This document shows positions 27,570-42,090 of a stretch of 64,000 nt of DNA, one piece after another (position 1 is the stretch's first letter; each line of letters begins with the position of its first letter). The position numbers were made by a program, and so were the translations under genes. A model generated the notes under the pieces. The model ran no database searches. It saw nothing but the letters and a program-made list of their open reading frames with translations, and was not told where the DNA came from. Source of the stretch: the human T2T-CHM13v2.0 reference genome, Homo sapiens. The DNA is taken from NCBI RefSeq assembly GCF_009914755.1, contig NC_060938.1. The stretch is one strand, 5' to 3'.

Positions 27570-28222
27570 TAATTCACTTTAAAGTTTTTTTAATGATGTA
27601 GAGACTCAAATCTGTACATGCTTCACCTTTCATAGTAACCCTCTTAATCCTTAGCCTTAGTTAATATTGTTCCTACTGATGGTCATTTTAGCAGAGTAAA
27701 TATATGTTTTGACATTGCCTTTTCAGCTCTTTTGGTAAGCGCAGTGAATAGTTGTTATGTGAAAAAAGATCTTACAGTAACCTCTCACATAGATTATGTA
27801 TAATGGTGGCTTTTAAATGTTGCAGCATCAATGCCGTTACAATGGGCATGAGTAAACTTTTGAAGAATTTATAATCAATAGCAGATGGATTTATGTCCAC
27901 ATTTTATATTTGAAAGGCTTAGGTAGTATGTTTTCCTTTCAGCATTCTATTACCTACCACACTCTTTCTCCACTCTCGATTCATATAAATGATAAATCTT
28001 GGTTAGCCAAAGTGATGACAAGGAATCAATTTCCTGGACCACTGAACTTAGAGCTCTCCCTTAACTTTCTAAAAAGCCTCTTAGAGCTAACTACACAGGG
28101 AACTTTATAACTGTGGGATTATTTTGATAAGTGACTTTGAGAAATTAGAATGCTTTTCACTCTTATATCCAAAAGCCTTTCAGTTCTTCTAACATCTTAA
28201 CTTGGACAGCAAGAAGAAAGTA

Positions 28223-28259
28223 TAGACAGTCACTGACTTGTGATAATTTGACTTGTGGG

Positions 28260-28291
<32 letters not shown>

Positions 28292-28598
28292 CTTACAATT
28301 ATGTAAAACCATCACAATTTCAACATACTTCAAATTTTGCATTTTGATATTTTTGTGGTCTGTTGATATGTAGTACCTGAGATATTCAACACTTTGTTAT
28401 AAAATAGGCTTTGTGTTAGATGATTCTGCCCAACTGTATGTTAATGTAAGCATCCCGAGCACATGTAAGGTTAGGCAAGGCTAGGCTCTGATGTTCACTC
28501 TCTTAGCTCTATTTGAATGCATTTTTGACTTGCCACATGTTTTCAACTTAAAATGCGTTTATCAGGATGTAACCTCATTGTAAATCAAGAAACATCTG
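28223..28598 (-). mobile_element. MER47-like TcMar-Tigger MITE containing a (GTTTT)n tract
   Basis: TA-flanked ends; internal caacactttgttataaaataggctttgtgttagatgat resembles MER47. Confidence 0.7.
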
Positions 28599-30319
28599 TA
28601 TTATCTGTGTCAGAATAAATGCCCAACCAAACAAATTAACTATTAATTTTCCCCTTTAGAGAATATATTTGAGCTCAATGCTCACAAATCATACTTAATT
28701 TTAGACATAGTTCCCTGTCTTTATTTTTCTTGTGTGTATGTCCATTGTCAGCCATTTGAATCGATAAAGACTTTTTCTAAAGATACCTTAGGCCAGTCAT
28801 CTCAGTTTTAAAAAGCCAGTACTCCAGCTAGTGGGGAATTCATTAATCACTGTTATCATATGGAAAACTGAATTTTATATGTGTACTACTAACAACATAA
28901 AAAGACTACCCTTTTTGATCCAACCAGACTGCCACTGTTATCTTGCAGCACAAGTAAGCATGGCACACAAAACAATGTATCAGCCAGTCTTTTTCCACTC
29001 TTTCTTCTTGTCTACCGCCTGAGATCACTTAATTGTATATGTGGCCCAGGGTGCCCAGTGTTACATAGCCTTGCCTTTAAGATTTCTGACACTCTGTAGA
29101 ATCCGTAAATATGCATGTGTGTTTATGGTCTTCATCTTCATCAAATTGAAGACATTATTTTACAGAATTTATGCAATACAATATGTGGAAGAAAGTAGAA
29201 CAGAATAAACATTGTCTAGTCAGACCATGAAAGCAGGACCATAGCTTCTTGGCACACAGCCTAACCTTCAGCAAAATGAAATGCTCACAGCAGTCTGTGA
29301 AAAGCTGCAAATTCCCGACATCAAATGTTCCTAAGCAAGCATATTAGTTATATTAATCGCCTATTGGGAAAGCCATCTTTTGCTTATTATAAATGGGGCT
29401 CTTCCTGGAATGGGGCAACTGGTAAAAGGAAATTTTGCTTATGTTTTTCTGAAATTACATTTTTCAGTAAGCCCTTTGGCTCCCACTGCTTCAGCTGCTC
29501 ACTGCTGTTTCTCTACCAAATGCTAAACTTAAAACAGTCATAATATCCAGGTGAGAAGTTACTGCTCCCCGGTTCCCATTTAAGTTTGAAGCCTTAGGAT
29601 ACCTTTCTAAAATCACAAGCACAAGTTTTATCCAACACTACTGCTTAGCTTCTACCTATGGGCAAAGGGAAGGGATGGTTTCACATCTGTGTAAGTATCT
29701 GTACGAATGCAAGAGAGACAGTCCCATGTGGTTAAGTAATTTGCAGTACTATTATATTCTCTTTACATTCCAAATGGATCATTTGGCTTGACATTGAATG
29801 AAGTCTAATACTGACTGGTTGGAAAAGCTAGAAAATTGTTTAGTCCTAAACTTTAATGAGAGATACGGATATAGCAGCTTGCAGAGAGGTATATCTGGCA
29901 TTTATTCCTTCAAGATTCCTTTTGTATCTGCTGCCGACTGGGAGCCCTTACCATTTTCCACTTGATTGCCTATTTCTCTCCATATTTTTTTCCCTTCCCT
30001 TAAGCTCTCAGACCAAAACTTGAGGTCATGCATGCTTTTCTCTTTGAGGAGACTTAAATCTTTGCTGACAAGTTGACTTTATACCAACTCCAAAATCAGG
30101 ACTAATCCACTAGGGATCTAATTTACCTTAAATATAGCAACCACTATATATAGCGTGAGTTCAAAATAAAAAGCTGGTTGGTTATATATATTGTAAATTT
30201 TATATTAATAATATTAACAAAAGACCAGATGGTATATGTGTGCTATAAATATGACTTTCCTAAATATCACATATAGAAATGAAATATGCTTCTTTAAAAC
30301 AACTCTTGTACTTGCCTTT

Positions 30320-33300
30320 AAAAAAAATTATCAAGATAAAATTCAAAGTATTCAGTGTTTTTAGTATATTCAGACATGTGTAGCCATCACCACAATTTTA
30401 GAAGATATAATTCATATGCTATACAATTCAAAGTATTCAGTGTTTTTAGTATACTCAGACGTGTAGCCATCACCACAATTTTAGAACATTTTCATTAATT
30501 CAAAAAGAATGCCTGTCCCTTTTAGCAATCATCCTCCTATCCCCTCATCTTCACATCTAGCCCTAAATAAACCACTAGTCTACTTCCTGTTTCTATAAAT
30601 TTGCCTATTTGGGACATTTCATATAAGTAGGATCATATAATACATGGTCTTTTGTAACTGGCTTTTTCCACTTAGCTTAATATTTTCAAGATTCATCCAT
30701 GTTACAGCATGTATCAGTAATTCATTCCTTTGTTGTGGTGGTAAAAACACAACACAAAATTTATCATCTTAACCATTTTTAAGTTCAGCAGTGTTAAGTA
30801 TATTCATATTTTTGTGAGACAGATCTTCAGAATTGTTTCAATTCGCAAATTCAAAACTCTCTATCCATTAAATAACTCTTACACCTCCCTCTAGCGTCTG
30901 ATAACTATCATTCTACTTTTTTCTATTAATTTGACTACTTTAATTGTTTATTCATTCACCTATTAATGAACATTTGAGTTGCTTCCACCTCTTGACTATT
31001 GTGAATATAGTTTCTATGACCATATTCAAGACCTTGCTTTTAATTCTTTTGAATACATACCCAGAAGTGGGGTTGTTGGATCATATGATAGTTCTATTTT
31101 TAATTTTTTGAGGAACTTCCATACTATTTTACAAGTGGTTACACCATTTTATAACCCCACCAGCTGTGCACAAGGGTTTCAGTTTCCTTATTCATGCCAA
31201 AACTTTTCTGGGTTTTTTGATGGTAGCTATCCTAATAAGTAAGGTGATGTTCTCATTGTGATTTTGACTTTCATTTTTCTGACAATTACTGATAATGAGC
31301 ATCTTTTTATATTCTCATTGGCTATTTGTATAGCATCTTTGGGAAAATGTGTATTCAAGTCTTTTTTTCATTTTAAATTCATGTGATTTTTTGTTGTTGA
31401 GTTGTAAGAGCTCTTTATGTATTCTGGATATTAACTCTTACTAGATATATGATTTGCAATTATTTTCTCTCATTTCATAGGTTGCCTTTTTACTCTGTTG
31501 ATTGCATTCTTTGATGCACAAAATATTTCTGTTAGATGTAGTCCCATTTGTCTATTTTGCTTTAGTTGCCTATGTTTTTGGTGTCATATCCCAAAAAAAA
31601 ATCATTGCCACATTGAATGTCATGAACTACTTCCTGTTTTCTTCTAGTTTTATAGTTTTAGGTCTTACATTTAGGTCTTTAATGCAGGTTGAGTTAATTT
31701 TCTTTGTTGTTGTTTTTTTCACTGTCTTCTTCTTATTATTAATTTCCATAGGTTATTAGGGAACAGGTGGTGTTTGTTTACATGAGTAAGTTCTTTAGTG
31801 GTGATTTGTGAGATTCTGGTGCACCCATCACCCAAGCTGTATACACTGTACCCAATTTGTATTCTTTTATCCCTCACCTGCCTCCGACCCTTTCCCCCAA
31901 GTCCCCAAAGTCCGCTGTATCATTCTTATGCCTTTGCATCTTCATGGCTTAGCTCCCACTTATAAGTGAGAACATACAATGTTTGGTTTTTCATTCCTGA
32001 ATTACTTCACTTGGAATAATGGTCTCCAGTTCCATCCAGTTTGCTGCAAATGCCATTATTTCATTCCTTTTTTGGCTGAATAGTAGTATTCTGTGGTATA
32101 CATATACCACAATTTCTTTATCCACTCATGGATTGGTGGGCATTTGGGCTGGTTCCATATTTTTGCAATTGCAAATTGTGCTGCTATAAACATGCATGTG
32201 CAAGTGTCTTTCATGTATAATTACTTCTTTTCCTCTGGGTAGATACCCAGTAGTGGGATTGCTGGATCAAGTGGTAGTTCTACTTTCAGTTCTTTAAGGA
32301 ATCTCCACACTGTTTGCCATAGTGGTTGTACAAGTTTACATTTCTACCAGCAGTGTAAAAGTATTCCCTTTTCACCACATCCCCACCAACATCTATTATT
32401 CTTTTATTTTTTCATTATGGCCATTCTTGCAAGAGTAAGGTGGTATCACATTGTGGTTTTGATTTGCATTTTCCTGATCATTGGCGATTTTTTTTATATA
32501 TTTGTTGACCATTTGTATATCTTCTTTTGAGAATTGTCTATTCATGTCCTTAGCCCATTTTTTGACAGGATAGTTTTTTCATGCTAATTTGCTTAAGTTC
32601 CTCGTAGATTCTAGATATTAGTCCTTTGTCAGATGTGTAAATTGTGAAGATTTTCTCCCACTCTGTGGGTTGTCTGTTTACTTTGCTGATTGTTTCTTTT
32701 GCTGTGCAGAAACTTTTTAGATTAATTAAGTCCCACCTATTTATCATTGTTTTTCTTGCATTTGCTTTTGGATTCTTGGTCATGAAGTCTTTGCCTAAGC
32801 CAATGTCTAGAAGGGTTTTTCTGATGTTATCTTCTAGAATTTTTATAGTTTCAGTTCTTAGGCTTAAGTCCTTGATCCAACTTAGTTGATTTTTGCATAA
32901 GGTGAGAGAGGAGGATCCAGTTTCATTCTTCTACATGTGACTTGCCAATTATCCCAGCACCATTTGTTGAATAGGGTGTCCTTTCCCCACTTTTATGTTT
33001 TTGTTTGCTTTGTCAACGATCAGTTGGCTGTAAGTATTGGATTTATTTCTGGGTTCTCTATTCTCTTTCATTGGTCTATGTGCCTATTTTTATACCAGTA
33101 CCATGTTGTTTTAGTGACTATGGCCTTACGGTATAGTTTGAAGTCACGTAGTGTGATGTCTCCAGATTTGTTCTTTTTGCTTAGTCTTGCTTTGGCTGTG
33201 TGGGCTCCTTTTTTGGTTTTATATGAATTTTAGGATTGTCTTTTCTAGTTCTGTGAAGAATGGTGGTGGTATTTTGATGCAAATTACATTGAATTTGTAC

Positions 33301-34100
33301 ATTGCTTTTGGCAGTGTGGTCATTTTCACAATATTGATTCTACCCACCCATGAGCATGGGATGTGTTTCCATTTGTTTGTGTCATCTGTGATTTCTTTCA
33401 GCAGTGTTTTGTAGTTTTCCTTGTAGAGGTATATAGTATAATTGTAAGAGTCCAATTTTATTCTTTTGCATTTGGGTATCTGATTTTACTAGCACCATTT
33501 GTTGAAGAGACTGTCCTTTCCCCATTGAGTGGTCTTGACACCCTTATCAGAGATCATTTGACTATACACATGAAGGTTTATTTCTAAGTTCTCTATTCTA
33601 TTCCATTGATCTATATGTCTGTTTATGCCAGTACCATACTGTTTTGATTACTGTGGCTTCATAATATGTTTTGAAATCAGGAAACATGACTCCTCCAACT
33701 TTGTTCTTTTTCACAATTGTTTTGGCTATTTGGAGTCCCTTGAGATTCCATATAAATTTTAGGATGAGTTTTTCTGTTTTTATAAAAAATGTCCTTGGGA
33801 TTTTGATAGGATTGCACTTAATTTGTAGATTGCTTTGGGTAGTATGAACATTAACAATATGAACACAGGCTGTCTTTCCATTTACTTGTCTCTGTTACTT
33901 CTTTCAGCAATGTTTAGTAGTTTTCCAAAAATACATCATTTCTTTTTATGGCTATGTAATGTTTCATTGTATAGATGTACCACAGATATACCACAGTTTG
34001 TTCATTCATCAGTTGATGGATATTTAGGTTTCCATCTTTTGGCTATTATGAAAAATGATGTTAAAAATAATTATGCTCAAGTTTTTGTGTGGCATTTGTT
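30320..34100 (-). mobile_element. Cluster of old L1M fragments with a nested L1PB-like 3' segment at about 31700-33430
   Basis: L1 3' UTR-like and ORF2 C-terminal remnants (ORFs 32550-32783, 33219-33455); the host L1 sequence resumes after 33430. Confidence 0.75.
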
Positions 34101-34332
34101 TTCACTTATTTTCAGTTTGCCCTTGGTTTTTAAGAATAATTGAACTTAAATAAAAGTAAAGACTGTTCTGGAAGTCCAGGATAGAAAAAGACATTTTGAG
34201 TAAGACCTATATTTGTTGCTTTGAGTAGACACAAAGGAAATAAAAATTGCAATTCTTTCAAAAGCTTGAGGAACCACACACACCAACGTGAGACCTCTTA
34301 CATGTCAATTTTGCAAATAGTTGCTAACTGAT

Positions 34333-34712
34333 TGATAGTATTTGGATCTATGCCCCCCCCCCTCCAAATCTCACGTTGAAATGTAACTCCCAGTGCTGTG
34401 CTGGAAGTGGGGCCTAGTGGGAGGTTACTGGAGCTGTGCTGTCATCATGATAGTGAGTTCTCTTGAGATCTGGTTGTTTAAAAGTGTGTGGCACCTGCCC
34501 CCTCTCTCTCTTGCTCCTTCTCTGGCCATGTGAGGTGCCACTCTCCCTTTGTCTTCTGCCATGATTGTAAGTTTCCTGAGGCCTCCCCAGAAGAAAAAAG
34601 CCACTATGCTTCTTGTACAGCCTACAGAACTGTGAGCCAATTAAACCTCTTATCTTTATAAATTACCCAGTCTCAGTATTTCTTTATAGCAGTGCAAGAA
34701 CAGACTAATACA
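34333..34712 (+). mobile_element. MST-type MaLR solo LTR
   Basis: TG...CA termini; 5-bp TSD ctgat at 34328-34332 and 34713-34717; typical ctgccatgattgtaagtttcctgaggcctcccc core. Confidence 0.9.
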
Positions 34713-36789
34713 CTGATATATTACAAATTGAATATATAGTTGACAAAAAATATATACATGAGTAGTATTCAGAGTGGCAATGATCAAGGAGAACTTACTA
34801 TCTTGAATGAAGTCTTGATATAGATAACGGATGTAGACTGGCAGCAAAAAGGAAAATAACAGTCTGGGTTTAGGGAAGCCTTGACCATATGCATGGAGGT
34901 GAGCAAGTATATACAGAAACATGACTTGGCTAGAGAGGGGGTACAGCTTCAAAGAAATGAGATTAGAGATTAGCAAAATATCCTTCTCTATTTTATATCC
35001 TCTTTGATCGAAGCTGGTTGTATTTGATTGATATGACCTTTTTCTCTACTTATCTGATATTTTCTTGTAGTCATAATCATTAATGCACTCATTCATTGAC
35101 TCAGTCATTCAAACAGTGACTGAGTGCCTTTTACATACCAAACACTGTGCTTGATACTAGGGTTACAAAGATGAATGATATATACTGTGACAACAAAGAA
35201 TTCAAAGCCTGATGCAGAAGTCAAGACAATTTCACAAACAGCCACAATACAATATGAAAAGTGTGCAAAAATAGATGGTTACAAATCTTATGCAAATATT
35301 AAGAGTAAATGTAGTCCTTCCAACCAATTCTCTGTTTTATCACCAAAGAAGTTCCAAAAAGACAAATCTCATTACCTTTCAAGAGACTTAAATTATGCTA
35401 GTAAATTAACTTGAAGTCATTAGTCTGCTTAAAAATCCCTTATTGGATTCCCATTTTTACAAAATTAGGTTTAAACTCCCTTGATCCTGTTTCATTTGTC
35501 TAAAACGCCCCCCTCTCCTACCTGGTTTTGAGTTACTCTTTAAAACTCAGCTCAGGTGTTTATCTCTTCTAGGAAGATTTTCTAGATGTTCCACAAGTTT
35601 TTGGTTAGGTGATTTTCTGTATGTCTCCCATATCACCCTGTACATTTTCCTGCCACTGTCTATGTCATACTATCTTGTAATCATCTCTATTTCTCTGTCT
35701 TTCTCTTTCTCTCATGCACTGTGCTTGTGAATTCCTTGAGGACATCAGCCAGGCCCTACGGGTATTTTTGTCTCCAGTGTCTAGCATATATTATGTTCCC
35801 AGTGTTTGATGAATGGATGAGCAAATCAGTCAGTGAACTTGTTGGCCTTGGTAAGAGACAGAAGATCAAAGAGGTAACATCTGAGCTGAACCTTGAAGAA
35901 TGCATGATACTTACTAGGAGGAGAAAAAGGAAAGAAAAAAGGCCTTCCTGTCCAATGCAACATGATCTGCAAAAGCACAGACTAGAAAAAGCCCAGAATG
36001 TTTAAGATGTGACAAATCATACTTTGTATCAGAAACTGGACATTTGTCAGAAATAAAGGTCAATCGCAGTGTAAATATTTCCCACATTGTGCTAAACGAT
36101 TCTTAAACTAGCACTGCAGAATTATTATAATAGGATATGTTTATTAATTTTTAGCCTACTAAAGTTTTGGTGGGTTGTAGCATTTAAATAACTACATTAT
36201 TCCTTGTCATACATACATTTTTCTCATTTGAGCCTCCTCAGAAACTTGAGGGTTATTTTTTAGTATTTATGTGTATGTTAGAATGGGGAGTAAATATTAT
36301 TGCAAACTACCAGAACAAAGTTTTTAGATTCCAGAATCAAATGTTATCAAATTATTATTGAGTAGATTCTATACCATAGGAACCTTCCAGAATGGAATTG
36401 CACAATAAGATATATGAACAACTCAGGCATTCAAGACAGAAATCAAGTGAGCTGATATTCTTTTATCCAAATTGTCAGTGAGACCTTACTCCACTTTCTT
36501 CTACTTCCACGTATCTAAATCTTGCAAAAGCAGAAGATAATCATTATTTCTCTCCTCAGAGTGGTCAAATAATTCATTCATGTGCATTTCAAGACACTGT
36601 GAGATCTATAATACAGCTGTCAGTATCAACTGTCTTTCAAACTTAGCATATTAAATATAAAGCCCCTGTCTTAGAATATAGGAAGAAAGAGAGCCATGCT
36701 GAGCCTGTTTCTTTGGGGCTACTGGCAAGAACTTAGGGTGTAAAAGTGACTATACTAACTGTTGATTCTTATGGCAAACAGATTTGTAG

Positions 36790-37390
36790 TTTTTTGTTGT
36801 TGATGATGGTGTATGTAGTGATAACATATACATAACATAAAACTTAACTATTTTAACCATTTTTAAGTGTATGGTTCAATAGCATTAAGTACATTCACAT
36901 TGTTCTGTAACCATCACCACCAGCCATGTCTAGAACTTTTTGGTCTTCCCAAACTGAAACTCTATACCCATTAAACACTAACTCTTCTTTCCCTCCTCAT
37001 CCCAGCACCTGCCACCACCATTCTACTTTCTATCTCTGTGATTTGACTACTCTATGTACCTCATGTAAGTGGAATCATAAAATATTTGTCTTTTTATGGT
37101 CAGCTTATTTCACTTAGCAGAATGTCCTCAAGATTCATCCATGTTGTAGCATAGTCAGAATTTCCTTCCTTTTTAAGGCTAAATAATATTTCTGTATGTA
37201 TATACCATACTTTGCTTATCCATTCATCTGTCAATGGATACTTGAGTTGCTTCCACCATTGATTATTGTGGATAATGTTGTGAATATGGGTGTACAGATA
37301 CGTGTTCAATTCCCAGCTTTTAATGTTTTGGATGTATACCTGGAAATGGAATTGCTGGTTTATATGGTAATTATGTTTAATTTTTTAACT
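36790..37390 (-). mobile_element. L1MB-like 3' fragment
   Basis: L1M 3' UTR motifs (ccatttttaagtgta, cccaaactgaaactcta). Confidence 0.7.
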
Positions 37391-37492
37391 TGCAACTTTT
37401 TAAATGTGAGAGATATAAAGGAAGAGCAGTGGGTAGAGGGAACATGAGTGGTAGTAGTTATTACTATGGTGGTAGTATGGCTGAAAAGTTCT

Positions 37493-37790
37493 GGTCGGGC
37501 GCGGTGGCTCACGCCTGTAATCCCAGCACTTTGGAAGGCCGAGGCGGGCAGATCACGAGGTCAGGAGATCGAGACCATCCTGGCTAACACGGTGAAACCC
37601 CGTCTCTACTAAAAATACAAAAAATTAGCCGGGCGAGGTGGCGGGCGCCTGTAGTCCCAGCTACTCGGGAGGCTAAGGCAGGAGAATGGCGTGAACCCCA
37701 GGGGGCGGAGCCTGCAGTGAGCCGAGATTGCGCCACTGCACTCCAGCCTGGGCGACAGCGAGACTCTGTCTCAAAAAAAAAAAAAAAAAA
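37493..37790 (+). mobile_element. AluY, AluYe-like
   Basis: gggcgaggtgg, gggggcggagcctgcag and gacagcgagac diagnostics; TSD aaaagttct. Confidence 0.9.
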
Positions 37791-37880
37791 GTTCTAAAAT
37801 CTAGTTTTTCCATCTTACTTTAGCCACCTATGAAATATATTGCTGTGGGTAAGTACTTACTGTATTTAAACGTCTCTTCC

Positions 37881-38217
<337 letters not shown>

Positions 38218-40047
38218 CTACTAGATTTTCATGGGATTAAGTGAGATTATATATGTGATTCATACAGTGTTAATAAACATTTACTGTATCATTGGGGCTA
38301 GCCACCAGAAAAACTCAGCCCTTGTGCTATCTCTGATAATTAACCACTATTAGTGCACTATTCAAAATCCCAGCAAAGTCATTCATGTAGATTCTGAGCT
38401 GATGTATAGCTTACATTTTGATCTACACCCCCCAGTGCCAGGACAAACTACTTCCAGATAAGGAACCATCCCATGAGGTTTACTGTGATCCTGGACAAGC
38501 ACCACTGGGCCCACTGCTAGGGACTATATAGCTTCAGGTTCATGTGAGAGTTAATGTTATATATGTGAATACAAACTAGACCCTATGGTCCCACCACTTT
38601 GCTTGTCTGACATAGTATGGCCCAAACCTCCAGTATAGCTCCAGAATAGCTTCAACATCCTAGGAGTATCTGAAGGTAGAATCTGCTAAGTTCTCCCTTC
38701 CAATTCAGGTGCCAAAAGGGAAGAGTCAATATCACTATAGGATATAGTGATATTCAGAATAGAAATTTGAACATCAGATGGTCCGAATATAAATTTAAAA
38801 ATCTCTCTACACTTACTTCTAGGTCCTAGGATCTGGAAATCAGAGACCCTAGGTGGCTAAGAAGGTCAAAGATAAAAAACACAGACTCACTTATCCAGCT
38901 CCGGAAACAATGAAATTTTATAAATTATACAAATACTTCATGTAAATCAAGTCCTATATTACTTGTCTTGGTTTCTTTTCTTCCTTCCTCTTCCTCTTTT
39001 TTTAACCTCATTTATTTTTGCTTTCCTTTTTTTAAATTAGCAATAAAGACAGTTTCTGACTAGAGGATTTCAGGAATTGGTTATGACTCCTGAAACTTTT
39101 ATTCTTATTGGCACTAGTTCAAATTTCTGAGCCAAAAGTGATTTTCATCCAGAGTAGTCTGAATACTTACTTCACACAAAAGGTTACTAGTGCTCTTCTT
39201 ATAGGCACTAAATTATTTCAATTAATGAAGCCAAAATCAAAGGCTAAAACTCAAATGGAATGACTGGGATATTCCTTCCTTTTTTTTTAAGCTTTCTCTT
39301 CTTAAGAAAAAAACAACTTTAGGATTAAAAAATGATGCATTCATTGTAGAAAACGTGGAAATTTTGGGAAAAGTAGAGCAAAGGGAATAAAAAACATAAA
39401 TCTAACATTCTGAAGTAATAAATGCTTTATATTTTCATGTATGTTCTTTCCTTTTCTACTGATATATACACATATATCTTAATACAGTTAAGACTATATG
39501 CTGCAGATTTGACTTTGCATGTTGTAAAAATATGTATCATAGGAATTTTCCTATGTCAATGAATATTCTTCATAAATATTACTTTAGCCTCCATAATATT
39601 TTACCTTAAGAATCTATCATTTCTTATTTAAGTACCTATATTGTTGATAGTTTGGTTTCTTTCCATTTTTTCTATTGTAAGCAACTGTGAAATAAACATA
39701 TACAGAAACATTTATCCATTTTCCTACGATAGATTTCTAGAAGTGAAACTACTAGGTCAATGGGTATGAAAACGTTTAAAGTTGGCTTTCCTTTTAAAGA
39801 AAATCATATTTGGGTTGTTAAAGGATTACTGACACATCAACTGAGCACATCTTTGATTACTGTATAGCACCTCATATTCAGATAATCTCTGCAAACATTG
39901 CCATGAATTGACTGAGTATAATCTTTTATTTCAGGCACCAGAATGCATCTCTTCTATCTCCTGTTTCTTGGGACAGAAATCAGGAGTTCTGACTGAGCCC
40001 ATTTACAAGCTGTGTCAGACAAGCACTCATGCCCATCTTGTTTATGA

Positions 40048-40317
<270 letters not shown>

Positions 40318-41399
40318 TAGGTTTGTTTCCCCATGACTGTCAAAATAACTTCATTCACAGATAACCATGTTAATCTGCACCTGTAAATTTTCTGGCACAA
40401 TCTTGATTAAAACTTTTGAGGTAAAGAAAAGTTACATGAAAATTCTCGTTTTAAATTTTTTATTTTTAATATTTGTGGATACATGGTAGGTATACATATT
40501 TATGGGGTACATGAGATATTTAGATACAGGCATACAATGCATAATAATCACATCAGGGTAAATGTGGTATCTGTCACATCAAGTGTTTATCCTTTGTGTT
40601 ACTGAAATTCTTGGCTACAAATAAATATATAGGAATAAAATTAAAACACTGTACTTCAATTTATTCTTTCCGTTCCTACACATGCCAGACAGCATACATT
40701 CTTAGTGTGAAAGTTTTCCAGATGTTTTCTAGTTGAAAACATCTGATGGTCTAAGAAAAAAGAGCAGATTCCCAACACAAGGATAAAGTTGAGGTGGTCT
40801 GTTCTGCTTTCAACTCAAACATCAGTAAAGGGCTTCATGAAAAGCGGACATGAGGGAAACCTCTAATTCTCTAGAAGACATCATATTTCAAAATTCTGGC
40901 GCCCCAGCAGCTCACACAAAGTTGCCTGAGATTGCATAAAGCTTAAAAGCAAATACTAAATAGCATTTTTCTGCCTAAATTCCAATCTAAGAACCCCAAA
41001 TGTAAATTCTGAATTGCTTAGAAACTGTTGTTGATTTTTTTGGTTTTGTTTTTGTTTTTCCATGTACAACATGATATTTTAAAATATGTAGTACACATTG
41101 TAGAATGGCTTAGTTGAGCTAATTAACACATGCATTACCTCACATACTTATCATTTTTGTAGTGAGACTTAAAATCTACTCTCTTAGTGATTTTCAAACT
41201 ATGATACATTGTTATTATGTTATTGGTTATTAATTCAAGGTTGATATCATTGAAGAAACATGTTTAAAAAGTTTTTCAGTTTATCAGAGCTGTTAAGCAT
41301 GCCAATTCCTTTTTAATGGGGTACATGAGATATGGAGTTATGGAGTCTCTTACTTGGTTTTGGTTTTGGTTTTTTTAGCTACATTTAGCCATGAAAATA

Positions 41400-41760
41400 C
41401 AGGTTGGGCATCCCTAATTCAAAAATCCAGAATTTGAAGTACTCCAAAATCTGAAATTTTTTGCGTGTTGACATGGCACCACAAGAAGAAAATTTGATAC
41501 CTGACCTCATGTGAAGGGTCACCATAAAAACACACTCAAAACTTTGTTTAGAAAAATTATTTGAAACATTGTTTAAAATTACCTACCTTTTGGCTATGTG
41601 TATAGGATATATATGAAACATAAATTAATTTTGTGTTTAGACTTGGGTCCCATCCACAAGATATCTCATTATGTATATGCAGATATTCCAAAATCTGAAA
41701 AACATCAAAATCCAAAATACTTCTGGTCCCAAGCATTTCATATAAAGGATGGTCAACCTG
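41400..41760. mobile_element. Tigger4/MER46-type MITE
   Basis: TIRs caggttg...caacctg with TA on both sides, 361 bp. Confidence 0.85.
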
Positions 41761-41844
41761 TAATTTCCTTTTTCCTGTAATTAAATACTTCATTAATCTC
41801 CTCTGTATTCCATCATCTCTTAGTAGTTATCTTTTTATGTTGGA

Positions 41845-42090
41845 GATAGCATAGCAAATGATTAAGGCTACAGGCATTGAGCAAAGCTCAAGTGATCTGG
41901 GTTTTAGTACCAGTTCCATCTGTGTAACTTTGAGCAGCTCACTTAAATTTTTTAGCTTCAGTTTTCTTATCTCTAAAATTATGATAATTACAACAATACT
42001 TACCCCAGCAGGTTGTTGTAAGAATTATATTAAAAATTAATTGTAGAAATTAATTAGTTGTAGAAAGCCTTAGTAAACTACCTGGCACAC
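41845..42090 (+). mobile_element. MIR
   Basis: tgtgtaactttgagcagctcacttaa...cttcagttttcttatctctaaaat...cctggcaca. Confidence 0.65.

Noticed and set aside
38290-38720. Possible ancient ERVL internal fragment
   Set aside because: Only a vague resemblance; I cannot support it without a profile search.
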